The translations under genes and the position numbers were made by a program. Source: Candidatus Moraniibacteriota bacterium (GTDB taxonomy: Bacteria; Patescibacteriota; Minisyncoccia; Moranbacterales; UBA1568). Taken from it: DNA of 64,000 bases. The stretch covers positions 272,627 through 336,626 of the forward strand of contig JAQTYF010000001.1 in assembly GCA_028688415.1 (NCBI GenBank). The letters are read 5' to 3'. The notes beneath the pieces were generated by a model. The model was not told the origin of the DNA and did not search any database. It saw only the letters and a program-made list of their open reading frames with translations. Every line of letters begins with the position of its first letter. Position 1 is the stretch's first letter. Shown piece after piece: positions 1 through 8,662 of the stretch.

Positions 1-2
1 TG

Positions 3-455
3 ACTATCTGAAACCCAGAGGCCGTAGAAGTACCAAGTAACAGCATTGCCAATATGGTTGGCGAGTATTTTGTACCAGGGCATTCCTTGGGGATTCCGGA
101 GTCGTGTACCGAGGACGACGTCACAATGTTTTTTCTGTAGAGGTTCTATAAGTCTGGCAATATCATTTGGATTGTGCTGACCATCACCATCGAGCGTGAC
201 AATAATATCAGCATTGAGAAGTTTCGCTCCTTCAATGCCGGTTTTAGTCGCGGCACCCTTGCCACGATTGATGAGGTGTTTCAGTACTATGACATCAGTG
301 ATAGTCCGAGCCCTCTCGTAGGTATCGTCAGTACTCCCATCATCGACGACAATAATGTTGTTATAGCCAGCGGACTGTATTTCACGGATGACGTCGCAGA
401 TCACGGTGGCTTCATTGTAGGCCGGAATGACGATGAAGATGGAAGGGGTAGACAT
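3..455 (-). CDS. GT2 glycosyltransferase (DPM1-like), runs off the window start
   Basis: Translated by hand (not in ORF track): MSTPSIFIVIPAYNE...IVVDDGSTD...NRGKGAA...TLDGDGQH...VSDS; canonical GT2 motifs. Confidence 0.9.
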   Translation of the reverse strand, partial: MSTPSIFIVIPAYNEATVICDVIREIQSAGYNNIIVVDDGSTDDTYERARTITDVIVLKHLINRGKGAATKTGIEGAKLLNADIIVTLDGDGQHNPNDIARLIEPLQKKHCDVVLGTRLRNPQGMPWYKILANHIGNAVTWYFYGLWVSDS

Positions 456-535
456 AATGCACAAAGTAAGGAATTCTGGGAAAATTATATATTCAGTATA
501 ACATAAAATCGGATATGTACCGGTTTTTGTTTGAT

Positions 536-1567
536 TTATTGATTTTTCTGTGTAATTTTTTTCATATTTTTTTCCCAATTCCAGGCGTCACGGAGAGCAT
601 CTGCGAGAGAAAGTTTTGATTGCCAACCGATGTCGTCTCGGATGCTCGTCGGATCAGCATAGCAGGTCATGATATCGCCCGGACGGCGTGCTCCGATGAC
701 GTAGGGGACTTTGGTTCCATTGACCTCCTCAAATGTTGCTATGAGCTGTTTCACACTCACTCCGATGCCCGTACCGACGTTGTAGGCACGATAGGTGAGG
801 TTTTCATGTGTAGCGAGGTATTCGAGCGTTCTAATATGCGCCTGCGCCAGATCGACGACGTGGATATAGTCACGGATGCAGGTGCCGTCAGACGTCGGAT
901 AATCATCGCCGAAGATGGTGAGATGCTCTCTCTTGCCGATAGCCGTCTGGGTGACGTAGGGGACGAGGTTGTTTGGAATACCGAGAGGGAGTTCGCCGAT
1001 GAGTCCTGATGGATGCGCTCCGATGGGATTGAAATAACGGAGGGCGATGATATGTATATCGCCATGGAGAGATGTCTCTGTATCTCGCAAAATATCTTCG
1101 CAGATGCGTTTGGTGTTGCCATACGGAGAGAGAGCTGTCTTGCGTTCTGCTGTTTCTCGGATAGGGACGCTGTCTGGTTCGCCATAGACAGTAGCTGATG
1201 ATGAAAAAACGAAAAACTTCGTCCCATATTGTTTTGCACACTTGAGAATGGTAATGAGAGAATCGATATTGTTTCGATAATAACGGAGAGGATTGGCCAC
1301 TGATTCGCCGACGGATTTCAGGCCTGCGAAATGGATGATGCCGTCAATGATGTTTTCTTCGAAGATGTTTTGTACAAATTCCTCATCACAACAATCACCT
1401 TCGTAGAGGTGAGGGCGAACAGAGGTGATCTGCTCTATGCCATCGAGTGATGATCGATCAGAATTAGAAAAATTGTCGAGAATGATGGCAGCATGACCTG
1501 CCGAGATGAGCTCGACGACAGTGTGTGATCCGATATATCCAGCACCACCTGTTACGAGAATGTTCAT
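536..1567 (-). CDS. galE: UDP-glucose 4-epimerase
   Basis: GGAGYIGSH, HFAGLKSVGES, YGNTK, LRYFNP, DYIHVVDLA motifs. Confidence 0.96.
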   Translation of the reverse strand: MNILVTGGAGYIGSHTVVELISAGHAAIILDNFSNSDRSSLDGIEQITSVRPHLYEGDCCDEEFVQNIFEENIIDGIIHFAGLKSVGESVANPLRYYRNNIDSLITILKCAKQYGTKFFVFSSSATVYGEPDSVPIRETAERKTALSPYGNTKRICEDILRDTETSLHGDIHIIALRYFNPIGAHPSGLIGELPLGIPNNLVPYVTQTAIGKREHLTIFGDDYPTSDGTCIRDYIHVVDLAQAHIRTLEYLATHENLTYRAYNVGTGIGVSVKQLIATFEEVNGTKVPYVIGARRPGDIMTCYADPTSIRDDIGWQSKLSLADALRDAWNWEKNMKKITQKNQ

Positions 1568-1706
1568 AGTTTTTTTTCAAAATAAAACCCTTGACGCTAG
1601 TATATCAAGAAACGGAGAAGAGTGAAAATATGTCTTTGAGATTGCCTAAATGCTGTTTTTTCGCTATTATTGAAAAGTATTATTTAACTGTTTTACCTAC
1701 ACTGGT

Positions 1707-2684
1707 ATGCAAGAAAATCAGCCGTATTTGTCAGTAGTCGTCCCACTCTATAATGAAGAGGGGAATGTCGCAGAACTGCATCAGAAGATCGTCGAGTCGG
1801 TGCAGAAGATCGGCAAGCCCGCCCGCAACGATTCGCGTAGCGATTCGGGCAGGCCATTTGAAATCATTTTCATCGATGATGGGTCCAAGGACAAGACCGT
1901 GGAAATTGCGAGGAGTCTCTCTCCGCTCAAGCTCATTGTGTTTCGCAAGAACTTCGGTCAGACCGCCGCATTTGACGCGGGATTCAAATCTGCTACAGGA
2001 GAAGTGATCATCACCCTTGATGGCGATCTGCAGAATGACCCGGCCGATATCCCACTCCTGCTCGAAAAAATCAATGAAGGCTATGATGTTGTTTCTGGAT
2101 GGCGTTTCAAGCGTCAGGATCCGTGGAGCAAGAAAATTCCTTCTCGTATTGCCAATCTCCTTCGCAAGATTCTCATCCAAGATACAATTCATGATTCTGG
2201 TTGCAGTCTGAAAGCCTATCGTCGTGAATGTTTCCAGAATGTTGATCTTTTCGGTGAAATGCATCGGTTCATCCCGGCTATTCTCGAGATGGACGGTTTC
2301 CGTGTGGCAGAGGTGAAAGTTTCTCATCATCCTCGTCTCCATGGAGTGACCAAATACAATTGGAAGCGTGGTATGAAAGGCTTCGTCGATATGATGTCGA
2401 TCTGGTTCTGGCGGAAGTATTCGTATCGTCCACTCCATCTGTTTGGTGGTGGTGGAGTAATACTCTTTACGACGGGTGTCGGTATCTTGTTTTGGATGCT
2501 CGTTGAGAAACTCGTTTTTCATGCTTCACTCGCAGAGCGTCTCTGGCCTCTCGTAGGCATCTTTTTCGTGCTCATTGGTGTACAACTTTTCATCTCTGGA
2601 CTACTCGCTGATATGGTAGTGCGAAACTACTATCAGGGTCGCAATCGAATGAACTATACCGTACGAGAAGTGCGGGAGCAGTGA
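1707..2684 (+). CDS. GT2 polyprenol-phosphate glycosyltransferase (ArnC/GtrB-like)
   Basis: VVPLYNE, DDGSKD, NFGQTAA, DGDLQNDP, GEMHRFIP; two C-terminal TM helices. Confidence 0.9.
   Translation: MQENQPYLSVVVPLYNEEGNVAELHQKIVESVQKIGKPARNDSRSDSGRPFEIIFIDDGSKDKTVEIARSLSPLKLIVFRKNFGQTAAFDAGFKSATGEVIITLDGDLQNDPADIPLLLEKINEGYDVVSGWRFKRQDPWSKKIPSRIANLLRKILIQDTIHDSGCSLKAYRRECFQNVDLFGEMHRFIPAILEMDGFRVAEVKVSHHPRLHGVTKYNWKRGMKGFVDMMSIWFWRKYSYRPLHLFGGGGVILFTTGVGILFWMLVEKLVFHASLAERLWPLVGIFFVLIGVQLFISGLLADMVVRNYYQGRNRMNYTVREVREQ
1818..1853. repeat. 36 bp GC-rich palindromic element in-frame in the GT2 gene
   Basis: cccgcccg...cgggcagg arms (1 mismatch) around an inner tcgc-gta-gcga hairpin; adds about 12 aa (ARNDSRSDSGRP). 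Confidence 0.7.
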
Positions 2685-2688
2685 AGCT

Positions 2689-2793
2689 GTATACCGTATA
2701 CAGTATCGCGTATACTGTATAGAAGAAGACGAAGAATGTTAATAATTAAGCCGTGAATCTGATGTGTCATATGTCATACAGAATACGGTATAC
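2689..2793. repeat. Inverted heptamer-period repeat pair, empty cassette
   Basis: GTAT at 2689, 2696, 2703, 2710, 2717; ATAC at 2776, 2783, 2790. Confidence 0.85.
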
Positions 2794-2799
2794 AATCCT

Positions 2800-4110
2800 A
2801 TGAAAGTTACTTTTCTCGGTACTGGATATGTCGGACTCGTCTCGGGTGCTTGTCTCGCAGAGAGTGGACACGAAGTCATCTGTGCAGATATTGATAAGAA
2901 GAAGATAGCTATCTTGAAAAAGGGTGGTATCCCTATCTATGAAATCGGTCTCGAAGAAATCGTGAAGCGTAATGTTGAAGAAGGTCGCCTCTCGTTCACT
3001 TCCGATTTGAAGAAAGCCATCCAAGAATCCGAAGTGGTTTTCATGGCTGTTGGTACTCCAGAAGACAAAGTGACGGGTCAAGCAGATCTGCAGTACGTGT
3101 TTGCTGTTGCAGAGACCTTCGGAAAACATCTTAATGGATTCAAACTTTTTGTTGACAAATCGACTGTACCAGTCGGAACGGCCGAAAAAGTAGAGGCGAT
3201 TATCAAGAAGGCTTCGAATGGAGCGCATCCATTCGAAGTGGTATCAAATCCTGAATTTCTCCGTGAAGGAGCTGCTGTGAAAGATTTCCTCAATCCTGAT
3301 CGTGTCGTCGTCGGAACGAAGTCCGAGAAAGCTCGCAAGATGATGGAGCAGATTTATCGCCCTATCGCTCGCAATGGTCGCCCAGTGCTTTTCACTGATG
3401 TACGCAGTGCAGAAATCATCAAATACGCTGCCAACGCATTTCTCGCAATGAAGATTACCTTCATCAATGAAGTAGCAAACTTCTGTGACGTCTCTGGTGG
3501 TAATGTGAAAGAAGTCGCCAAAGGACTCGGTTATGATTCTCGTATTGGAGAACGATTTCTCTATGCTGGTATCGGTTATGGTGGATCGTGTTTTCCGAAA
3601 GATGTGAAGGCATTTCTCGAAACAGGACGTGAATACAATTCACCATTTCAGATTATCGAAACCGTAAACGATGTGAATGTTTCTCAACGTATCAAGCCAT
3701 TCGTCAAACTCCAAGAAGTTTTCGGAAAGAAACTGAAAGATAAAACAATCGCTGTCTGGGGACTCGCTTTCAAACCGCGCACCGATGATATCCGTGAAGC
3801 TCCTGGTATCGAAAATATCAAACTGTTTCTCGAAGCAGGATGCAAAGTACGGACATTCGATCCTGTCGCAATGCCCAATACCAAGAAGGTACTCGCGCAC
3901 AAGAATCTCACCTATACTAAGAAAGCGCTTGATGCATTGAAGGGTGTCGATGCACTCGTGATCGCTACCGAATGGGATGAATTCCGTGTAGTGGATTACA
4001 AGAATATGAAGAAATTGATGAAGGGCAATATCATCTATGATGGACGCAATGTCCTCGAACGATCCGAAGCCGAAGCTGCCGGATTCACGTATTTTGGTAT
4101 TGGAGTTTAG
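2800..4110 (+). CDS. ugd: UDP-glucose 6-dehydrogenase family protein
   Basis: Start reset to MKVTFLGTGYVG; KSTVPVGT, SNPEFLREG, GYGGSCFPKD, FKPRTDDIRE. Confidence 0.93.
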   Translation: MKVTFLGTGYVGLVSGACLAESGHEVICADIDKKKIAILKKGGIPIYEIGLEEIVKRNVEEGRLSFTSDLKKAIQESEVVFMAVGTPEDKVTGQADLQYVFAVAETFGKHLNGFKLFVDKSTVPVGTAEKVEAIIKKASNGAHPFEVVSNPEFLREGAAVKDFLNPDRVVVGTKSEKARKMMEQIYRPIARNGRPVLFTDVRSAEIIKYAANAFLAMKITFINEVANFCDVSGGNVKEVAKGLGYDSRIGERFLYAGIGYGGSCFPKDVKAFLETGREYNSPFQIIETVNDVNVSQRIKPFVKLQEVFGKKLKDKTIAVWGLAFKPRTDDIREAPGIENIKLFLEAGCKVRTFDPVAMPNTKKVLAHKNLTYTKKALDALKGVDALVIATEWDEFRVVDYKNMKKLMKGNIIYDGRNVLERSEAEAAGFTYFGIGV

Positions 4111-4118
4111 GAAGTCTT

Positions 4119-4150
4119 GTATAGCGTATTGTGTATACTGTATACCGTAT
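4119..4150. repeat. Left heptamer arm (GTATnnn x5)
   Basis: GTAT at 4119, 4126, 4133, 4140, 4147. Confidence 0.9.
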
Positions 4151-4202
4151 GGAAGAGGGGAAGGGAACAAGTATCACGTATAAAAAAGAAGTCATATTGC
4201 GT

Positions 4203-4586
4203 ATGGAGACGGAGAAAATAAAATCGTTTACTGATTTGAATGCATGGAAAGAAGGGCATAAGCTAGTCCTCTCGGTTTATTCTCTAACGAAGAAATTTCC
4301 TAAAGAAGAAATTTTTGCTCTTTCGAATCAGATGCGACGGTGTGTTGTCTCAATTACTTCAAATATCGCAGAGGGTTTTAGTCGGCAGAGTGCGAAAGAA
4401 AAAGTTCAGTTTTACTGTATAGCACAAGGTTCTGTAACAGAGCTTCAGAACCAACTTCTCATTTCTCGAGATGTTGGATTTATCTCACAAGAAGAATTTT
4501 CTCGTTCGGCAAATATTTCCGTAGATGTACACAAGCTTATTTCCGGATTGATGCGAAGTGCACAGAACCGTGTTCGCAATACATGA
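4203..4586 (+). CDS. Four helix bundle protein (23S rRNA-IVP / TIGR02436-like)
   Basis: SFTDLNAW, FPKEEIFALSNQMRR, SITSNIAEGFSR, IAQGSVTELQNQL signatures; start reset to METEK. Confidence 0.93.
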   Translation: METEKIKSFTDLNAWKEGHKLVLSVYSLTKKFPKEEIFALSNQMRRCVVSITSNIAEGFSRQSAKEKVQFYCIAQGSVTELQNQLLISRDVGFISQEEFSRSANISVDVHKLISGLMRSAQNRVRNT

Positions 4587-4610
4587 TACGGTATACATAA
4601 TACAAAATAC
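4579..4610. repeat. Right heptamer arm (ATACnnn x5), inverse of the left arm
   Basis: ATAC at 4579, 4586, 4593, 4600, 4607. Confidence 0.9.
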
Positions 4611-4616
4611 AGCCCT

Positions 4617-5774
4617 ATGAAAATATTGTTTCTCAATTATGAATATCCTCCACTCGGAGGTGGAGCGGGCAATGCGACAGCGTATCTCTTCAAGGAATAT
4701 GCTGGTATTCCAGACCTCGAGGTACATCTCGTGACCTCGTCTGCAGATGAGACTCTGCATCATATCTCTGTCGGAAAAAATATCACTGTGCATGCCATAC
4801 CGATCGGTAAGAATGGCAAAAACATTCATCATCAATCAGAAAAAGATCTCCTCACATACGCGTGGAAAGGATATCGTTTCGCAGACACCCTCCTCGCAGA
4901 GGGTCATTTTGACGCTATTCATGCGTTTTTCACCGTACCATGTGGCTATATGGCGATGAAACTTTCGAAGAAGCATGGTGTTCCGTATATCGTGTCGCTT
5001 CGCGGGGCCGATGTGCCGGGATACAGTGAGCGTTTTACACTGCTCTATTCGCTTCTACGGCCACTGACGCGTACCATATGGGCTCGAGCCTCAAACGTCG
5101 TATCGAACAGCTCCGGACTCCGTACACTGGCTCTGGAAACGAATTCTTTCCAAGAAATATCTATCATCCCCAATGGTATCAATATCGCAGAGTTCAAGCC
5201 TGATACAGAAAAAGAAATTGATGGTTACGTGAGAATACTCTGTGTCTCGCGTCTCACTCCACGCAAGGGTATCAACTATCTCATCGAGGCGATGCAGATA
5301 CTTCTCACAGAGGATAATGAAAGAAAAATCGAACTCTGGATTGCAGGGGAAGGTGATGCGACCGAATTACTCAAACAACAGGCGAAAGAATTGCGCATCG
5401 AAAAGAATGTGAAGTTTTTCGGTCTTGTGAAACATGATGATTTGGCAAGATATTACAAAATGGCTGATATATTCTGCCTGCCATCGCTCAATGAAGGGAT
5501 GAGTAATACGATGCTCGAAGCCCTCGCCTCAGGGATGCCTATTGTCGCGACAGTGACAGGGGGAACAGAAGAATTGGTCGGAGACGGAGAGAATGGGTTT
5601 TATGTGGAACAAAAATCCTCGAAAGATTTGGCAGAAAAATTGGAAAAGCTCATAGGAAATGATGATATGCGAAAACGATTTGGTACGGCGAGCCGGGTGC
5701 GTGCCGAGCAGATGAGTTGGCAAAACGTCGCACAGGCATATTACGAGATGTATCAGAAAGCGAGAAAGGAATAA
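4617..5774 (+). CDS. GT4 glycosyltransferase
   Basis: EYPPLGGG, RLTPRKG, PSLNEGMSNTMLEA (EX7E). Confidence 0.92.
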   Translation: MKILFLNYEYPPLGGGAGNATAYLFKEYAGIPDLEVHLVTSSADETLHHISVGKNITVHAIPIGKNGKNIHHQSEKDLLTYAWKGYRFADTLLAEGHFDAIHAFFTVPCGYMAMKLSKKHGVPYIVSLRGADVPGYSERFTLLYSLLRPLTRTIWARASNVVSNSSGLRTLALETNSFQEISIIPNGINIAEFKPDTEKEIDGYVRILCVSRLTPRKGINYLIEAMQILLTEDNERKIELWIAGEGDATELLKQQAKELRIEKNVKFFGLVKHDDLARYYKMADIFCLPSLNEGMSNTMLEALASGMPIVATVTGGTEELVGDGENGFYVEQKSSKDLAEKLEKLIGNDDMRKRFGTASRVRAEQMSWQNVAQAYYEMYQKARKE

Positions 5775-5777
5775 AAA

Positions 5778-5809
5778 GTATTGTGTATCACGCATACTGC
5801 ATCGTGTAT
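5778..5809. repeat. Solo heptamer arm (G[T/C]ATnnn x5)
   Basis: GTAT/GCAT at 5778, 5785, 5792, 5799, 5806, right after the GT4 stop. Confidence 0.8.
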
Positions 5810-5833
5810 TTTGGAAAAACTTTGGAAAATTTA

Positions 5834-5868
5834 AAAGCCGGGGAACGTAGTTATCGTTCACCGGCTTT
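5834..5868. terminator. Probable bidirectional intrinsic terminator
   Basis: aaagccgg...gaacg/cgttc...ccggcttt hairpin between convergent genes. Confidence 0.7.
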
Positions 5869-5879
5869 CGTTTAGGCGG

Positions 5880-6779
5880 TCAGTCTTCGTGACGATGCGC
5901 GAAGAACTCATCTAGGAGCTCGTTGTAGGAGATTTCCGGATAATGGAGCTTTACAAGATGCTCCATCATCATTGGTTGCCGGATAATCTTCTTCTGAAGT
6001 AACCGAGCCCGTTCTGTATTTGGGGCGAAATTGACGTCCCAGAGGAAAGGGTCGGCTCGTCCGACCATACCCCAGCGTGGCATCCGCTGTGTCTTCTTCG
6101 AGAAGCGGAGTGCCAGATCGAAGTCATCCATACCTGCCAGAGCCACTTGTCCTACAGCAGGCAATTCGATAGTTCTGTTATCGTTGCCATCGCAATTTTC
6201 CGGAGAGAATCCCTCCATTTTTTGCAATACTTCTATGGGATAGAGGCAGGCTGTATTCTGAGCGAGAGCCCATTGATACAGACGCCAATACCCCTGACGA
6301 TACGCCCCGACGAAATCGAGTCCGTGTCGCTCCATATGAGCGAACATCCGTGCCAGAATACCGCTGGTCATTTCCAGTTCCGGGTTCCATGACAGAATGT
6401 GTGAAACGTTATTCGTCTCTATGGCAGACCGCCAACCGGTATTGAGCGCGTGCGCACTGCCGGCATTGTTACCCCATTCCTTGTCAACCACGACACGGAG
6501 GAATCCGTTTGTCATCTCGTTGGGGAAAGCCACGAAAAGCGCACGCTTGGTTGGTGTGCAACCGAACTCATCGGTTGCTTCGCCGAGACCGAATCGCAGA
6601 TCGGCATTGGAAACAATAATGATCTGTTTCACTTCCGATCCAATGCTTCGCATGAAGCGACGTAGTGGGGCGGCGAGACGTTTCTCGAAATCTTCCTGAT
6701 TGAAAGACTTGGTGACGCCTGCGCCGATTTGGAACCAACGGCAGATGACTGCCACGTTAGGTTGATAAAAAGAAACCAT
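5880..6779 (-). CDS. Hypothetical protein, possibly a divergent GT-A fold
   Basis: 299 aa ORF with AAGGAG RBS and own promoter; NAGSAHALNTG resembles the GT2 N-x-G-x-x-x-A-x-N-x-G motif. Confidence 0.7.
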   Translation of the reverse strand: MVSFYQPNVAVICRWFQIGAGVTKSFNQEDFEKRLAAPLRRFMRSIGSEVKQIIIVSNADLRFGLGEATDEFGCTPTKRALFVAFPNEMTNGFLRVVVDKEWGNNAGSAHALNTGWRSAIETNNVSHILSWNPELEMTSGILARMFAHMERHGLDFVGAYRQGYWRLYQWALAQNTACLYPIEVLQKMEGFSPENCDGNDNRTIELPAVGQVALAGMDDFDLALRFSKKTQRMPRWGMVGRADPFLWDVNFAPNTERARLLQKKIIRQPMMMEHLVKLHYPEISYNELLDEFFAHRHED

Positions 6780-6863
6780 TTTTCTTCTCCTTTGCCATTT
6801 AATTGTTAACCTCCGTAGATATCTACGAAGTCACTTGTGTTACGTTCTGTATCGCAACAGCAC

Positions 6864-6892
6864 ATGATAGCACATTTTTTGCATTTTGTCAA
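6864..6892 (-). promoter_or_regulatory. Sigma70-type promoter
   Basis: Minus strand TTGACA-17 bp-TATCAT with extended TG. Confidence 0.7.
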
Positions 6893-6969
6893 TGATAAAA
6901 TGGCTTAGAGAGAGGAGGAAAGGATGATTTGTGCTATAATAAAGCAGAAATATCGTAATGTGAGTATTC

Positions 6970-7896
6970 ATGAAAAAAAGACTTTTGTTTGTGCTGAAAA
7001 TAGTAGTGACGGTTGGGCTGATATTCTGGCTTATTGAGCGTGTCGACTGGACGAGCGTGCTCGTGAAACTCCGAGAAGTCTCAGTACCTCTTCTTTTGCT
7101 TTATGTCATATTTCAATTGTCAGGGAATCTCATTTCTGCAAAAAAATGGCAGGTGATCGCTCGCTTCAAGGGGCTAACGCTCTCTCTCAAAGAATCGTTC
7201 TTCACCTATATGACAGGGACGTTTATCAATAATTTTTTGCCATCGACAATTGGTGGGGATACCTATCGAGCGTTGTGGCTTGCAGAAAAATCTGGTGCGA
7301 AAGCCGCTTCTGTTTCTACGGTGATATTTGATCGATTCATCGGTCTTTGGACGATAGCGCTCCTCGCACTCCTCTCGAGTCCAGTACTCTTGCCTTTTGC
7401 TTCCGAGAGTCCGTCGCTTGTCATCACTTATATCGCTCTTGTTGTTTTCTTTGCTGTCGATATTCTCATCACGTATATTTATTGCAAAGAGTGGTTCCAC
7501 CTATTCGTGGAGCGTCTGCCATTTTTCAAAGTGCGTCGGTTTCTTCAGGAGATTATTTTCTATACCAAAAAACATATTTGGCTTCGTACGAGTCTCTGGT
7601 CGACACTCTTCATTTTTGTTGGACTCGTACTCTCAAACTTCACACTGTTTCATGCACTCGGGAGTGATGTCAACATCCTTCCTTTCGCAAGCGCGATGTT
7701 CCTCGTCGCTATCGTTGCATCCGTGCCACTCTCGATCAATAATATCGGTATCAAAGAATGGGCGTATATCACATTCTTTGGTCTCATCGGAGTGAGTATC
7801 GAAACAGCTGTGACGGTCGCTCTCCTCTCACGTTTCATCCAGATGATCCTCTCGTTTATCGCACTGCCACACTACCTCGCCAATCGTGAGAAGTAA
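6970..7896 (+). CDS. Lysylphosphatidylglycerol-synthase TM / flippase-like domain protein (UPF0104)
   Basis: NNFLPSTIGGD, DRFIG, PLSINNIGIKE; multi-TM. Confidence 0.85.
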   Translation: MKKRLLFVLKIVVTVGLIFWLIERVDWTSVLVKLREVSVPLLLLYVIFQLSGNLISAKKWQVIARFKGLTLSLKESFFTYMTGTFINNFLPSTIGGDTYRALWLAEKSGAKAASVSTVIFDRFIGLWTIALLALLSSPVLLPFASESPSLVITYIALVVFFAVDILITYIYCKEWFHLFVERLPFFKVRRFLQEIIFYTKKHIWLRTSLWSTLFIFVGLVLSNFTLFHALGSDVNILPFASAMFLVAIVASVPLSINNIGIKEWAYITFFGLIGVSIETAVTVALLSRFIQMILSFIALPHYLANREK

Positions 7897-8017
7897 GAAT
7901 TTTGTTTATAAAAAAAGTAATCATAATTTCACGGTCGTGAAATTATGATATAATCTGAATTCGAGAAAAAAAAGGCGTAGTGAAGATTTGGAAGCCGAAC
8001 TTCCAAATTTTTTTCTA

Positions 8018-8040
8018 GATTCCCGTCTTCACGGGAATGA
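8018..8040. repeat. dRS3/REP-like palindrome ATTCCC-N8-GGGAAT
   Basis: gattcccgtcttcacgggaatga; a second hairpin atttggaag-ccgaa-cttccaaat lies at 7986-8008. Confidence 0.75.
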
Positions 8041-8062
8041 TAAAAAATCTCTCTAAAAAATG

Positions 8063-8099
8063 AAAAGCCCGAGGAATCCTGGATAGGTTTCTTCGGGCT
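8063..8099 (-). terminator. Intrinsic terminator of the 8129-8590 gene
   Basis: agcccga...tcgggct stem followed by TTTT on the minus strand. Confidence 0.6.
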
Positions 8100-8128
8100 G
8101 ATTTTTGCACCCCTCATGGAAGAGAGGC

Positions 8129-8590
8129 TTATGCGGTGTGGAGATTCACCATGTACTCATTGTTCTGATAGGCGAATACGTAGTTGTCCTCGACGATTTC
8201 CCGACGAGCACCGATATCTGCCAGTTCCTGAAAAAGAAACATGAGTATCGTGTCGTCTTCACCATCGTAAATGCGACCGACGATTTTCCCCAATGCCTTG
8301 ATAAGGCGATTGGCGAAGGAAAGTAAAAACGTCGGCTGGTGGTGGCCATAGGCCGTATCGTCCGACAGAGGAAAACTCACCAATCGACATCCGTTGCTGT
8401 TTTTGACAGCGCGGACTGTTGTCCGGATGACCAGGTGAACGGCTTCGTCCACCTCAGCACGAAAATCGTCAGGGTGACGAGCTCGCATTTCAGTTCGTGT
8501 GACTTTTCCGTTTCGGAGCTGAATCTCCGCCAACAGTTTTAGTAATTCATCGCTGGGAAATTTTCCAGCACGCGTAACTCGTTGTGTCAT
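8129..8590 (-). CDS. Hypothetical protein
   Basis: 153 aa ORF, AAGGAG RBS before the ATG, downstream terminator; no motif recognised. Confidence 0.65.
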   Translation of the reverse strand: MTQRVTRAGKFPSDELLKLLAEIQLRNGKVTRTEMRARHPDDFRAEVDEAVHLVIRTTVRAVKNSNGCRLVSFPLSDDTAYGHHQPTFLLSFANRLIKALGKIVGRIYDGEDDTILMFLFQELADIGARREIVEDNYVFAYQNNEYMVNLHTA

Positions 8591-8662
8591 TTGCCACTCC
8601 TTGGGTTTGGGTTGTTAAGGAAACGTTCTACTTACTAACAAAAAAATATATCACAAATGGTG

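Noticed and set aside
174-506. 110 aa plus-strand ORF
   Set aside because: Shadow of the minus-strand GT2 gene, which has clear motifs
4203-4586. Diversity-generating retroelement (Avd-like gene)
   Set aside because: No reverse transcriptase or TR/VR pair in the window; motifs fit the 23S rRNA-IVP family better
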